A DNA stretch of 64,000 nt from a virus. Numbering within the stretch: position 1 is the first letter of the stretch; each line of letters opens with the position of its first letter. This document shows positions 57,101-64,000 of this stretch, piece after piece. The translations under genes were made by a program, and so were the position numbers. The notes below the pieces were generated by a model. It saw only the letters and a list, made by a program, of their open reading frames with translations. It did no database searches and was not told where the DNA came from. The DNA lies in IMG/VR virus record IMGVR_UViG_3300024255_000011, positions 1 to 64,000 of that record, one strand, 5' to 3'.

Positions 57101-57207
57101 TTGAGGTCGTTTAACTGTTGGTTATTAGAATCGCTGGACGAGTCGTTGGTGTCCTGATCTTCGTACTGAGAGTCTCCACCACTCCCATAATTATATGAGT
57201 AAGTCAT
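48184..57207 (-). CDS. Giant 3007-aa repeat protein, probably virion-associated
   Basis: Uninterrupted 9-kb ORF with about 11 degenerate W..xGEP...GPAYW repeats, one hydrophobic helix and a C-terminal domain shared with neighbouring tip proteins. Confidence 0.75.
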   Translation of the reverse strand: MTYSYNYGSGGDSQYEDQDTNDSSSDSNNQQLNDLNYQIVDDVTVSTIGSGVSTVSNPIFDNIDIDEETLNELLEEAAWLPGDILRDVIFCHGGQIKLDESQPWSPENINVDSIHQFPECPGLEIWYRSGWDYKNYTVAPENGYQTQNSLKVRLVKLGMPDGIDNEPMNPHRILNLPEKVVKFITAEPKKFIWVHPFLDKKEDAVDAMDRVGTTIHKSMDKWQSGKLTNGPSNCDLYLRAGFHSMPGGNNAFADQPKGSGMVYEDNESDRKWVFVLGNSRGRDQMGYPNQPTEGLDYGVVGMSGFFRSHYNVSAETKSNVGIKFAYTMNRIDTSSGLLEANVKKLQEAMEALEDMTLIELISEITGDRPDWRPPSETPEAEGVGSFNLDELEDPTGGGTGEYNDHDKAIIQNAIDKCNAIQKSISNNFSEFGFNLKEIIKRGSFRKLSARKITDDPQTHTALAVLYDMTNFYINKQLGVEKEYDHKVIVSVDNISQKIKNGEDLSWREVINNLLTGYIIRNREATRVLNQDFDFEQIGEYLLDRNTDNDQLNLINFIRDVTKEKRASKFRYVNGALAVVLETGFVYTSDQYNKGHFGWCDACMDAGGQISNYFKYSECEYRTYDSNGQEIITVLDRHEHDGSVNFDVYSLYDGPAPEPATFDARNRVATEAEPGVDILVTNYYDNRPDFTAQEWRGLYCVPSGSTAAMPDWSMYDKLPTNICHTYGPFSDDEMSIYYNFIVPKCEHKGPSDFGITWWFASTKDGPWVAGDSQGPTVEGYNCDKRNATGYKSYKPKKRYMRASFWQWFGVNNTKKGSKVKREYYPPGYNYMGIDYEGKLNEGKYIDVLVTPKIKGDPYDGYDGTEIKGATYYSDVQTAAVLDTKPYGWSIGQLPDLNDEYWIKPISHESAGKGQQYVGQPGYYRIYGIPPEDNIYEELRSRPAPIKQKLWVSEYPEGTDISNDGDDSWRREWTERTFVKGTGYENYRTFQLANRDAQILLGAIAPDRIDQEDWGNRGEPWTITEKIDRAKWIHGPGYWGELHINRERPNFHDDVWQTPLNHFNRYLPGEDFDGLFGQRPNNVRVEEGERLKVSAYSGDVNTGELDTRTKYDYDIYFVLETNHGLDVDNFPEKDLPDDHVNFIYGGTILKNDYNGFVVTPPSSHMIFHARNTNRVKADWKNNGEPVSISTSDHVNQAPEVSIEHMGGARGNRDLRKGPAYWAFGDFGSVTDVRKGFRGYPDFNSAYYNFPLNDYNETYNSIRVRKGRKYHITPGDNMIYTHRIIWGTDDRCIQPNYYEDPSFGNKEIGSDPNRKFYHYEDDNSLLLRPKHSGASKTIEVEAQGDYLFFGAFRYDQTDDDKGNPLVDRPINEYWSRFGEGIDVEITEVPDVTGCGFWASEEVYSSNNPKEPNWSRYDKPMIHLTQEMKEILRLDGQTQSELEGQLYESDQTKKQYERVFDINSDDIIDVKNPPPANQRILYAFKKTARTPNVDIVFRFIKREGLSQNDAQEFQMEEFVWRSGLNDEQVVTIFCQSEYIQYKVYAAGKSEEQWSKKGEPLYLELYREVKKDANDMSQYWIDWENDATYPNKYSLVTTDQLKNNHWVNPLNGAVPTDEGTAVQWQPGKRYKIWTSADPTLEKPNPNYMHVFLLGQAPRDLNVPGNKDFRMMGVCGNQDVPVEDRWAWHQRNNRSFNGEDNAIYFTFPEIIDYNWSVVVSGAWHTGARRVSEGGTGLTGWNPRGENLRVYWKEEPLEELQGPAYWAGYDQEGHLPNPGFQPGAHVTDYYAYPNIERGEDPTHSAGGQNDYYYGDTFVLGEKNDEPNIRKGRRYRITKLQNDVYNNNIYKPDDYKLHLPHEMRMWSSNKIKQLKPDASNFRDWVAGRYVNRQLSHFDFTAENDTIVFGAFDFDASERGPDSWSKSGEPTNHKFEALTEMPYSGPAYYSSGKDTFPSVADPHFYKGLNTHSVKAETYYTIEKNTDFNSSGGTYQIWYIKDDNKNNWAQMQQWAEDESDNTKSWPPIPLQGTHPEDLLRWLIVDNSYHIPDKVRDMFYEKGPVITTDTQSDGMTFKTPKGVTRIFYGWYGKQAIGKFNRDGEPVRFKFKEQEKWKTEGPLYWGGEQEAVDPPEFGNTHFESPLRYIKVKAGRRYQVKPKSATALAHFQEIQIYEFDPTQNPDPLNPLTNRVDLQFKKIANFQDTQQEINIDVSKDGLILSATYIKAIHETPLVTDWSPKGEPSPLTFREVDSITGPAYWGDTGHTWDQPGAPGKQYLPEFTDSKWIKPLNTLSINGDAHLDDFYVELTQNIDFALSVFVVEERKHLSPNDNNDRFYFHYQGTFAKRSAKGSTVPIEPHEDVHPKYIIFGVGNFDADSGRSFEDWSPRGEEVPVRIKKKEWQRGPSFPGNKNLVSGKEFDLSETRWRYSAAQPPKNGGKIIGGSTYEFKYASWMESGVPSYNNNTKSKDLRYQVVWCKSVGDGPNNPFGDKRPTKTDFKYNSRVLDPNSKVDKKFTLTAPIGYDYIFFVVCDKSNKNTPTSGINPKTWSPDGHLSPWKYKRVHKDLHLDDIPFLKEILMAIAALLAALLGFLLYFAAMAPFETLLEMVDEGPGNKYPIRRKKIEITEDNKRTYGDPFNPEYITNDEEFYTGLSNDPIYFNFVADHAVRAWARIMRVRHNGYLFHLTNAKCVKSTGDNTLKKEFEVMNLTATHGFNYTQLDGGNVRKALRKYVPWDGDTGFRNVELDDPYKTSTTSYRSYAIDTSIDENRQLTGFDIRKKWFQPSLTYSPQMGKQGFWKSYAGAQYKLASNYDSGRNVTSYPTTFGSANNIDNIFSVRGAGLTTDVMYSSNSSNHCYGWEILNGTEKDPFGFKIPNGEFIPGIEFDMLFYDYNSKTENAGNWQIVQMHLSFDVPDLLEPDTILKSVAVKLTPDSSTNYKFRNSFDNTSSNHQMNQLNKNNNLIHMRLMGDQKIPAGVHFKGISACIWVGEDNVKTGRTFVISNLAPIHQYDNPPHPDE

Positions 57208-57956
57208 ATTGTCTCCCTAATTGTAACATATAGTGTTCCGTCAGATTCTGTTAAATACAGTCTACCTGGTGGTCCTGAACTTGGTACATAAGGAATGACC
57301 TGTGCGTTAGCTCCCCCATGAGCACCATTGAGTCCATTAACACCATTCTGTCCACCTGGCCCTGTGGGTCCAGGTCCACCTTGTGGTCCGTTTCCACCTG
57401 CAGGTCCTTGAGTTGCACCAAAGGTACCAGCGTATTTCCATTCGAATGAAATGTCCCAGAAGAATACTGAAGATGTGTCATATCCGCTTGCGCCAGGAAG
57501 ACCCCCTTCAACAAAATTGTCATCGGGCCCCGAACAAAGTGCACAATCACCAATAGTTGGACTATAATCGTTTAGATAATATGGGTACAAATTGCTGGTT
57601 ATATCTGGTGTACCTCCTTTCCCGTCAGTGATACCGTTCTTTGTAACTTCTTCAAACAATTGTTTAGAATTATTGACAACAATCCTAAGGTCTAAACCTT
57701 GGCCTGCAGGTCCAACTGGACCTTGGTCACCCTTATCACCTTGCTTACCAGGAGTTCCATCCACGCCTCTGCTTCCTGCAGGTCCCGCGGGCCCAACAGT
57801 TCCTGGAGTACCTGGCGATCCGACTGCACCAGGAACTGGCACATACTGAAGATTACCCCAAAGGTTCCATGTGGATCCATCCCAGACCCACAATCTATTT
57901 CCGTCGACAAAGTGTTGATTTTGTCCGGGTGATGATGGAAATACTGTTTCTGACAT
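57204..57956 (-). CDS. Collagen-like fibre protein
   Basis: Two G-X-Y tracts, N-term FPSSP...WVWDGSTW, C-term PPGRLYLTESDGTLYV. Confidence 0.85.
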   Translation of the reverse strand: MSETVFPSSPGQNQHFVDGNRLWVWDGSTWNLWGNLQYVPVPGAVGSPGTPGTVGPAGPAGSRGVDGTPGKQGDKGDQGPVGPAGQGLDLRIVVNNSKQLFEEVTKNGITDGKGGTPDITSNLYPYYLNDYSPTIGDCALCSGPDDNFVEGGLPGASGYDTSSVFFWDISFEWKYAGTFGATQGPAGGNGPQGGPGPTGPGGQNGVNGLNGAHGGANAQVIPYVPSSGPPGRLYLTESDGTLYVTIRETI

Positions 57957-57985
57957 TGTATTAATACTTTATTGTTATTTAGATG

Positions 57986-59089
57986 TTACGAATCAGTGTC
58001 GACTGTGCTTGTCTGATGTAGGGTGATAAGTGGGTCCTTTTTACTGATTGAGTTATATATACTATACAACTCTGGCCTGATAATATTATATGGAGAGGCT
58101 TTAGCATTAAACCCATGGTATGAAGGATCATCATAGAAAACTTTTGCACTAGCTGGATCAATAACTTGTACGTCGCTAACATTAAACATTCTGTTTTTAC
58201 TGCTGCTGCTGTTTCCATATGAGTGTTGCCAGTGGAAACCCAGAAAAATTGAGTTAGCTGGTGGAGACTCGTGCTGATTAATCATAGCGCGGATTCTAAA
58301 GGGTCTGTCGAGTAAATCAAGATCTTGATTCGCGCCATTCTCCGGCTCCATGATCTCGTCCCCTGCACCCTTCGTGAAGGAACCGGTGTTTCTAAAAATG
58401 TATTTGCCATTCGCTGGATCGCAGTTGGCTTTGCCATTCCAATTATCTCCATTGGGTGTCAATTTATTACAGATGTACCGGCCATATTCAAATGAGTACC
58501 ATATCCCCCAAATTTGATTGATTTGTTGCCTTGTGTAAAATTCTTGCTTGGAGGAAGATGAGAGCTTATGGTTTGTTCCTGCCCCAGAAATAGCTCCCAT
58601 AGATTTACTTACATAATAAGTAAAGCTAATACCCCTCACTGGATAAGGGTATCCTTTCTCCCCTCTACATGTGAAACCACCTCCAAAAGAATTCGCCGAA
58701 TTCTTTGCATCGGAGAAACATACAATTGACGTGGGGTACATTTCCTCCGCGTCATCAAAGTTAGCTGACATATTATTAATATGGGTTCTTACTTTAGATC
58801 CCACTTTATAAAAGATGCTGTAATCAGAATGCCTGTGTTTACTATTTTTGTGTCCTGTATATCCATTTCCATAAATCACAGTCTGATTTCCACCAAATCC
58901 ACCGCTTCCACCAGTGTTATTGTTAATGCCAGTTCCATCCATTAGTGTGTAGTCATTACCAATATTTTCATAGTAGATTTCCCCACCCCATGGAGTAAAG
59001 AGATCATCGTTAAAACTTTTTGGAGCTACTTTGTTGTTACTTTCGGCTTTGATTGGAGTAAAGCCGTGAATTGTTCCTACATATCCCAT
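57986..59089 (-). CDS. Putative fibre tip / receptor-binding protein (start revised to MGYVGT)
   Basis: TAATG overlap with the upstream stop at 59089. C-terminal half resembles the giant protein's C-terminus. Confidence 0.55.
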   Translation of the reverse strand: MGYVGTIHGFTPIKAESNNKVAPKSFNDDLFTPWGGEIYYENIGNDYTLMDGTGINNNTGGSGGFGGNQTVIYGNGYTGHKNSKHRHSDYSIFYKVGSKVRTHINNMSANFDDAEEMYPTSIVCFSDAKNSANSFGGGFTCRGEKGYPYPVRGISFTYYVSKSMGAISGAGTNHKLSSSSKQEFYTRQQINQIWGIWYSFEYGRYICNKLTPNGDNWNGKANCDPANGKYIFRNTGSFTKGAGDEIMEPENGANQDLDLLDRPFRIRAMINQHESPPANSIFLGFHWQHSYGNSSSSKNRMFNVSDVQVIDPASAKVFYDDPSYHGFNAKASPYNIIRPELYSIYNSISKKDPLITLHQTSTVDTDS

Positions 59090-60612
59090 TATCTTTGATT
59101 CCAGTAAAGAGTGCCGCCATCTGACCACAATGCTCCAGGCAAATTAGGATCTTCTTCAGGAACTACAAGTGGTCTTGAATCCACGTAGGCCTTGTTCGCT
59201 GCGTGCTGAGGAGCAGTAGGATCTTGTTCCAACAAATATAATTGTCCCGTCATAGAATTCGACTGACCACCGGCCTTCGGTAGATAAGTTGATAAATCAG
59301 CTTTGATCTGATCTTCGATGGCCTTTTTGGGCATCAAGGACTTGTCATTATTATAAGATCCCTCAAAATGAATCTCGTCACCAGAACTTTTATGATAAAC
59401 ATACAGAAGATCCTGTGTGTTAATGTCGGTTCCCTTCTTCCTTCCTTGAACTATAAAAGTACCTGCGTTGTTATTCGCCTCACCTGATCTATTGATAGTT
59501 AGGGCGGTAGTTCCATTTAAAGTGCCGCCTTTTATTTGTAAATATGGTCCCTTAGTATTATCACTGACACTTATACTACCAAGACGCCTGTTAAGATGAC
59601 CCTTTGTCACCACTGCAGTGTCTGTCTTATCATTATCATAATCTAGATCATGATCATGCTCACTGTTTAAATTGACATCATTGTCTGAAGTGTTAACAAT
59701 AAAAAGGTGTTCAGTTTCATTGATACCCTTAACGGATAGTACTTCAGGGTCGGTATTGGTGAGTCTTAGATATCCACTGATGTCACCACCTTCGGCACTA
59801 AAGGACTTTTTGTAATTTGTAAATCTATAATAGGTATTAGTGGATGTGAACAGCATCTCCTTCTCAGGAGACGAAGAAGAATGGTACTCTACTCTGATAC
59901 CTAGGTACTCTGTATCACCAGAAGAATTTTCGTCTCTGTCCTTATACTCCGTAACCTGTTTGACTTTGTAAATGCTGTAGTCAAAATTACCATCAGATCC
60001 TTCAAATGACACTTCAAGAGTGTCACCGATACCCATGTTGTTAAAGATATCAGAGAAAACTCCTTCTCTATCGTTCTGGTGAATGAAAAATTCTACAATA
60101 TCTCTGTACTGAGTACTAAAGACGTTGACACCTGGATCAGAAATTCCCTGATCTAGACTATCGTCAACAATTCTTTTGTTGATACCTGCGATTGTAAAGG
60201 CAGTGGCACCAGGTACGCTTGCTTCATATGTTACATGTTCCCAGTCGTCAAGTTGGGTGGCCAGAGCAACATCATAGTCAATAAGATCTTCAAGAACACT
60301 GCCTCGTATTCCAGACTCCAGATTGCTATTTGCCGCCGCGTTACCGGAAACGTAATTATAATTAGAATCAATTGTAATATCACTGGTTGCACTGACAAGA
60401 TCATAACCCCTCTCTAGGGCTGTCTTGTCGTCATCAAGCTGGGCGAGTACCCAGTCTGTACTTGCGACGTTATCTGGTCCAACAATGTTCCAGCTATTTG
60501 TTAGCGGATCATATTGGTATACGATCCCACCTGTCTTTTCGAGTTCAGCGATATCACCTGGCTTAGGATAAATTGCACCCGGACTAGGATTTCTTGGAAA
60601 GTAAATTGACAT
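59089..60612 (-). CDS. Tail-fibre-like protein
   Basis: N-term FPRNPSPG...YQYD....W; YLPKAGG...MTGQL...DPTAPQHAANKAYVD; C-term PGALWSDGGTLYW. Confidence 0.75.
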   Translation of the reverse strand: MSIYFPRNPSPGAIYPKPGDIAELEKTGGIVYQYDPLTNSWNIVGPDNVASTDWVLAQLDDDKTALERGYDLVSATSDITIDSNYNYVSGNAAANSNLESGIRGSVLEDLIDYDVALATQLDDWEHVTYEASVPGATAFTIAGINKRIVDDSLDQGISDPGVNVFSTQYRDIVEFFIHQNDREGVFSDIFNNMGIGDTLEVSFEGSDGNFDYSIYKVKQVTEYKDRDENSSGDTEYLGIRVEYHSSSSPEKEMLFTSTNTYYRFTNYKKSFSAEGGDISGYLRLTNTDPEVLSVKGINETEHLFIVNTSDNDVNLNSEHDHDLDYDNDKTDTAVVTKGHLNRRLGSISVSDNTKGPYLQIKGGTLNGTTALTINRSGEANNNAGTFIVQGRKKGTDINTQDLLYVYHKSSGDEIHFEGSYNNDKSLMPKKAIEDQIKADLSTYLPKAGGQSNSMTGQLYLLEQDPTAPQHAANKAYVDSRPLVVPEEDPNLPGALWSDGGTLYWNQR

Positions 60613-60616
60613 AGTA

Positions 60617-61153
60617 TCAAGGATTAATAATTGACTCTAGTTGAGCAACTTGCTCTGTAAGTTGATTAACCTGAGACTGAAGATCGTTAACCAGTGAGGC
60701 AGTAGACTCTGTAAGGTAATGAGCTGTTGTGACACTAACCCAGTTACCTGTGTATGGATCTACAGTATTGCCATCATCATCAACAACAGGTGAAGCGTTT
60801 GGGGTTACATAATAAATCTTCAGGAGACTATTTTTAGTATCATACCAACAGGTTCCAGGAAGTGGATCAATTGGGATGTCAATATTATATTGGTCTAGGT
60901 TTGGATAAACATCGGCCAACGTTGGAGGAGTATCACCACTGTAAATAATTGATCCGGTGTTTTGACCAGAGGTGACTCCAATCCAACCAGGAGTACCTTG
61001 TGAATCAATATCAGATGAAAATACGTACATCTGCAGAGAGGATGAACTGACCCAAAGTTCTCCATCTCGTCTGAGAGGAGAATTAACATCAGGTTCTACC
61101 GGCCTAAGAAGTACCGTGTTTCTAAGTTCTGTTACTCCGGGAGTGCTAGTCAT
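60617..61153 (-). CDS. Structural protein with G.LW/G..WYD motifs and C-terminal coiled coil
   Basis: RDGELWV, PGTCWYD motifs. Late promoter at 61171-61177. Confidence 0.6.
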   Translation of the reverse strand: MTSTPGVTELRNTVLLRPVEPDVNSPLRRDGELWVSSSSLQMYVFSSDIDSQGTPGWIGVTSGQNTGSIIYSGDTPPTLADVYPNLDQYNIDIPIDPLPGTCWYDTKNSLLKIYYVTPNASPVVDDDGNTVDPYTGNWVSVTTAHYLTESTASLVNDLQSQVNQLTEQVAQLESIINP

Positions 61154-61176
61154 TGTATTACCCTTTTTGTTATTTA

Positions 61177-61851
61177 TTACTCAACCAAACCAACCTGACT
61201 TCTCAGAGTATCTACTCTGGCTTGTAGAGAGTTTGTTGAGGTGTGTAAGTTTCTAAGTGATGATGCAGGAAGTTGATTATTAAAGTTTTCCTTTGGATTC
61301 TCAATTGCCTCAATAGATCTTTGAGTAATTGAAGCCCACTGCCAACCAATCATATCCCCGTCATCGTCACGAAGTTCAACTCTCACCTTAAGATCCACAT
61401 CTTCTCTGTTAAAGTACATATGACTTTGTTTGAAGATATCAATTCTATTTTCAGGTGTAGGGATAGTGATGTCATCACCATCTGAAGCTGTTGGAAGAAT
61501 CAGATAGTCATAAGCTCGTTTGTTAGTTGTCAACGCATACCATCTATTAGGTTGTGCGTCTTCAAACGTCATTTCGTTCTCATTGTACACATACATCAAG
61601 TACATGTTGTTGGGGTCAATCCACAAGTTGCCACCATCTGGATCCAGTGGTGGGTTTGGAATATCGGTACCTGGAATGTAGAAGAGCCAAGAATTTCTTT
61701 CGAAATCGTAATAGTAAGGCCCAGATGTGTACTCGTTATTTGTGATTTGATAGTTTACTGGAGCATTTACAAAATACTTTGGTGCCGGTTTGTTAGTGCT
61801 TTGAGCAGCCGCAGAGTATTCAGTTGCTTCTGTGTTATAGGAATTTGTCAT
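61177..61851 (-). CDS. Structural protein with GNLWID motif and C-terminal coiled coil
   Basis: YYYDFERNSW and GGNLWIDP..MYVY motifs. Confidence 0.6.
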   Translation of the reverse strand: MTNSYNTEATEYSAAAQSTNKPAPKYFVNAPVNYQITNNEYTSGPYYYDFERNSWLFYIPGTDIPNPPLDPDGGNLWIDPNNMYLMYVYNENEMTFEDAQPNRWYALTTNKRAYDYLILPTASDGDDITIPTPENRIDIFKQSHMYFNREDVDLKVRVELRDDDGDMIGWQWASITQRSIEAIENPKENFNNQLPASSLRNLHTSTNSLQARVDTLRSQVGLVE

Positions 61852-61853
61852 GG

Positions 61854-62996
61854 TTATGTGAGGATGAGCTCACCTTGTAAGGTTGAATCTAGATCATTCC
61901 AAACGTAAATAGTTTGTTGGTTATTAATATTCAAATTACCAATTGAAAGGAGGTAGCCAAAAGCATCACCTGTTTGACCCTCAGTTGGAATATCCACAAT
62001 TGGACCATACTCAATTCTCTCTGTGCTGATTATGTCATTCTGTGTTGCTTGGCCAAATGGCTTAGTTGCAAACTTGAATGCAAAGGCGGTGTCATCTTGA
62101 AGAGAATTAATTGGGATGACAAAGAACTGAGGACTCAGTAATGTTGAATCCACTGAGAAGTTACCATCACCTGTAATGACTTGAGTCGATCCGTCGTTAA
62201 ACGCAAGGAATTCTTCGCTGACACCATCTTGATTCACAAGGCCAATTCTCATTCCAATGTATTGTAAAGGATCAACCTCAAGAGGTACTGGTCTCAATCT
62301 AATAGCAGGAGAGCTCTTAGACTCAGAAACAAACTGATCTGAGTATTCTTCCTTAGCTGAAAGTTTACAAGAAACGTTAAATGTTACTTGAAAGTCTCCA
62401 TCAAAAATTGCAGTTCCTGGTTGAGCGGTTACGTTAGTGATAGCAGAATTAGGATTACTGAATGTAATGTAATGCTTTGTTAGTACTCCATCGACATTCC
62501 TTTCGACATACTCAGGTGCCGATCTCCACTCGTAATTGATATATGACTCTGGTGCACCACCTTGTGGTCTGGTGATTTGGAACATAGTCTCTTCACCTTC
62601 GAAGGGAGTAGACTTACCAGAAATCTCAATTTTACCAATAACAAGATTACGATTTGGATCTTCGGGTGACATCTCTGGGTTGGTAGAGGATACCCACCTA
62701 CCCTGTACAGGATCAGAAGAATCGAGAGTTGGAGGTTTATGATACACTCTCAACTCGCATAGTCTTTGATCCCACCACAAGTCACCATCAAGAAGTTGAA
62801 CACCCTCGAGCGCAGGATCAATGGTGTCACTATACATCTTAGCGCCAGGGCTATTCAAAGTCTTCCAGGAATTCTTTCCTGGATCCCAAAAATACACAAC
62901 CTTAGTTTGTGGATGAACCCAAGTGGAGTAACTTTCTACTCCTAGACCGCCTGGTCCACTTGGGAAATCATCAGAATCTAACCAACTATCTGTCAT
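61854..62996 (-). CDS. Structural protein with anchor motif, GDLWWD motif and Ig-like segment
   Basis: FPSGP...YFWD....SW, DGDLWWD...LRVY, 'YINYEW...FSNPNSA.T.VT'. Late promoter at 63014-63020. Confidence 0.6.
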   Translation of the reverse strand: MTDSWLDSDDFPSGPGGLGVESYSTWVHPQTKVVYFWDPGKNSWKTLNSPGAKMYSDTIDPALEGVQLLDGDLWWDQRLCELRVYHKPPTLDSSDPVQGRWVSSTNPEMSPEDPNRNLVIGKIEISGKSTPFEGEETMFQITRPQGGAPESYINYEWRSAPEYVERNVDGVLTKHYITFSNPNSAITNVTAQPGTAIFDGDFQVTFNVSCKLSAKEEYSDQFVSESKSSPAIRLRPVPLEVDPLQYIGMRIGLVNQDGVSEEFLAFNDGSTQVITGDGNFSVDSTLLSPQFFVIPINSLQDDTAFAFKFATKPFGQATQNDIISTERIEYGPIVDIPTEGQTGDAFGYLLSIGNLNINNQQTIYVWNDLDSTLQGELILT

Positions 62997-63016
62997 AATC
63001 CTAGTGTTTTAGTTAT

Positions 63017-64000
63017 TTATTGGTTTTCTTGGGACTCTAGGATAGAGAGTCTAGCACTCATTCTAGAAATCTCATTTTTCAGTTCCTCAACCTCTGCATT
63101 TACTTCAAATGCCGTTGTTGCGGGAATTGATTTATATCCAGTACCCTGAACAGGAACCCATACAAAGTCAGTGGATCCAGATGGGATGTAAGCGACTCTC
63201 ATTTCAGCGGAGTCAGTATCAAACCAAAGATCACCAGACTTCGTAGTGCCCTTTAGAGGTTGAATTGAGTCGACATGTACCTCAAATCTGTTATCAAGGA
63301 CAGCCTTAAGGTCACCTGTCACAGAAATCCAAGACTTAGCTGAGAAGTTGTATGTGTATATTATGTAAGTCTCTGCGTCAATCCAGAGATCACCATTCTT
63401 AGCTATTGAAATAGGAGGCTCAGAGTCCTGTAACCAGATGTTACTGAAAGACTGAGTTACATTATCTTCTCCACCACCAGATGCTGCACCCAATTCAATC
63501 CAGAAGACATTTTCATCTGGCTTGTTGATTAGGTCATCATCAGAAGGATTAACGGTTCTGAATTCACAAACATAGATGGAGTAGTCAGTTGGATCGATCC
63601 AAAGATCACCCCTCTGAGGTACATAGTGACCCTTGACATCATTGATATCTGGGATAATATGTACTGTTGGTTTCAGTGTGTGAAGTTCATTCAGAATGTC
63701 AAGGTTCAGGATATTGGCCTGTTCCTGAGTTTCATATCTGATCAGTTCACCATCAGGTCCAACAATATCACTGGTACCTTGAGGACCATCACCTAGGGCC
63801 CCTCTCGAATCACCAAAGAACCTTTTGCTAGTCTCGACCGCACGAGGAGTGTTAACGAGAACAACATCTCTAGTAGTTACTCTGCCCAGTGGGTTGTCGA
63901 TACAAACAGATCCCGACGCGGCTCTCATAAAGGTCCCTTCAGGACCCTGAGGACCTGATCTACCATAAACCTTAGTCAGGCTGTTAGTGCCATTCAGGTT
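63017..64000 (-). CDS. Structural protein with three GDLW.D repeats, 5'-truncated by the window
   Basis: Frame stays open from 63928 to 64000 (NLNGTNSLTKVYGRSGPQGPEGTF-M). Motifs RGDLWID, NGDLWID, SGDLWFD. Confidence 0.65.
   Translation of the reverse strand, partial: NLNGTNSLTKVYGRSGPQGPEGTFMRAASGSVCIDNPLGRVTTRDVVLVNTPRAVETSKRFFGDSRGALGDGPQGTSDIVGPDGELIRYETQEQANILNLDILNELHTLKPTVHIIPDINDVKGHYVPQRGDLWIDPTDYSIYVCEFRTVNPSDDDLINKPDENVFWIELGAASGGGEDNVTQSFSNIWLQDSEPPISIAKNGDLWIDAETYIIYTYNFSAKSWISVTGDLKAVLDNRFEVHVDSIQPLKGTTKSGDLWFDTDSAEMRVAYIPSGSTDFVWVPVQGTGYKSIPATTAFEVNAEVEELKNEISRMSARLSILESQENQ

Noticed and set aside
1-64000. tRNA genes and classic auxiliary metabolic genes (psbA, hli, phoH)
   Set aside because: None recognisable; intergenic spaces are short and explained by promoters, terminators or small ORFs.

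Overview
This is a 64-kb segment of a large T4-like myovirus, most likely a cyanophage of marine Synechococcus type (DUF3110-like gene, cyanophage-style gene order and late promoters). Both ends fall inside genes. The first 4.2 kb (+ strand) holds baseplate spike genes (gp5-like, PAAR). Almost everything else is on the - strand. That includes gp46/gp47, gp55, uvsW, uvsY and gp3, the head block gp23-22-21-20, the tail genes gp19-18, terminase gp17/16 and neck gp15-14-13. About 30 kb of fibre/structural genes follow, including a 3007-aa giant protein. I found no tRNA, CRISPR array, integrase or RT. Main unexplained signals: (1) A 'plug-and-socket' fibre system. A motif intact at the N-termini of three collar-type fibres is split into a C-terminal half and an N-terminal half carried by consecutive genes (6 of 6 adjacent pairs), and the 40-64 kb genes form four parallel anchor-linker-tip branches. 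(2) A 66-67 bp element occurs twice, 31 kb apart: a sigma70 promoter, an imperfect palindrome and a conserved Met-Gly-stop minigene (TGA in one copy, TAA in the other). (3) Sharp CG-dinucleotide deserts and islands occur inside single genes. (4) An enlarged major capsid protein and candidate capsid-targeted internal proteins. All product calls come from motif recognition and synteny by eye; no database searches were run.
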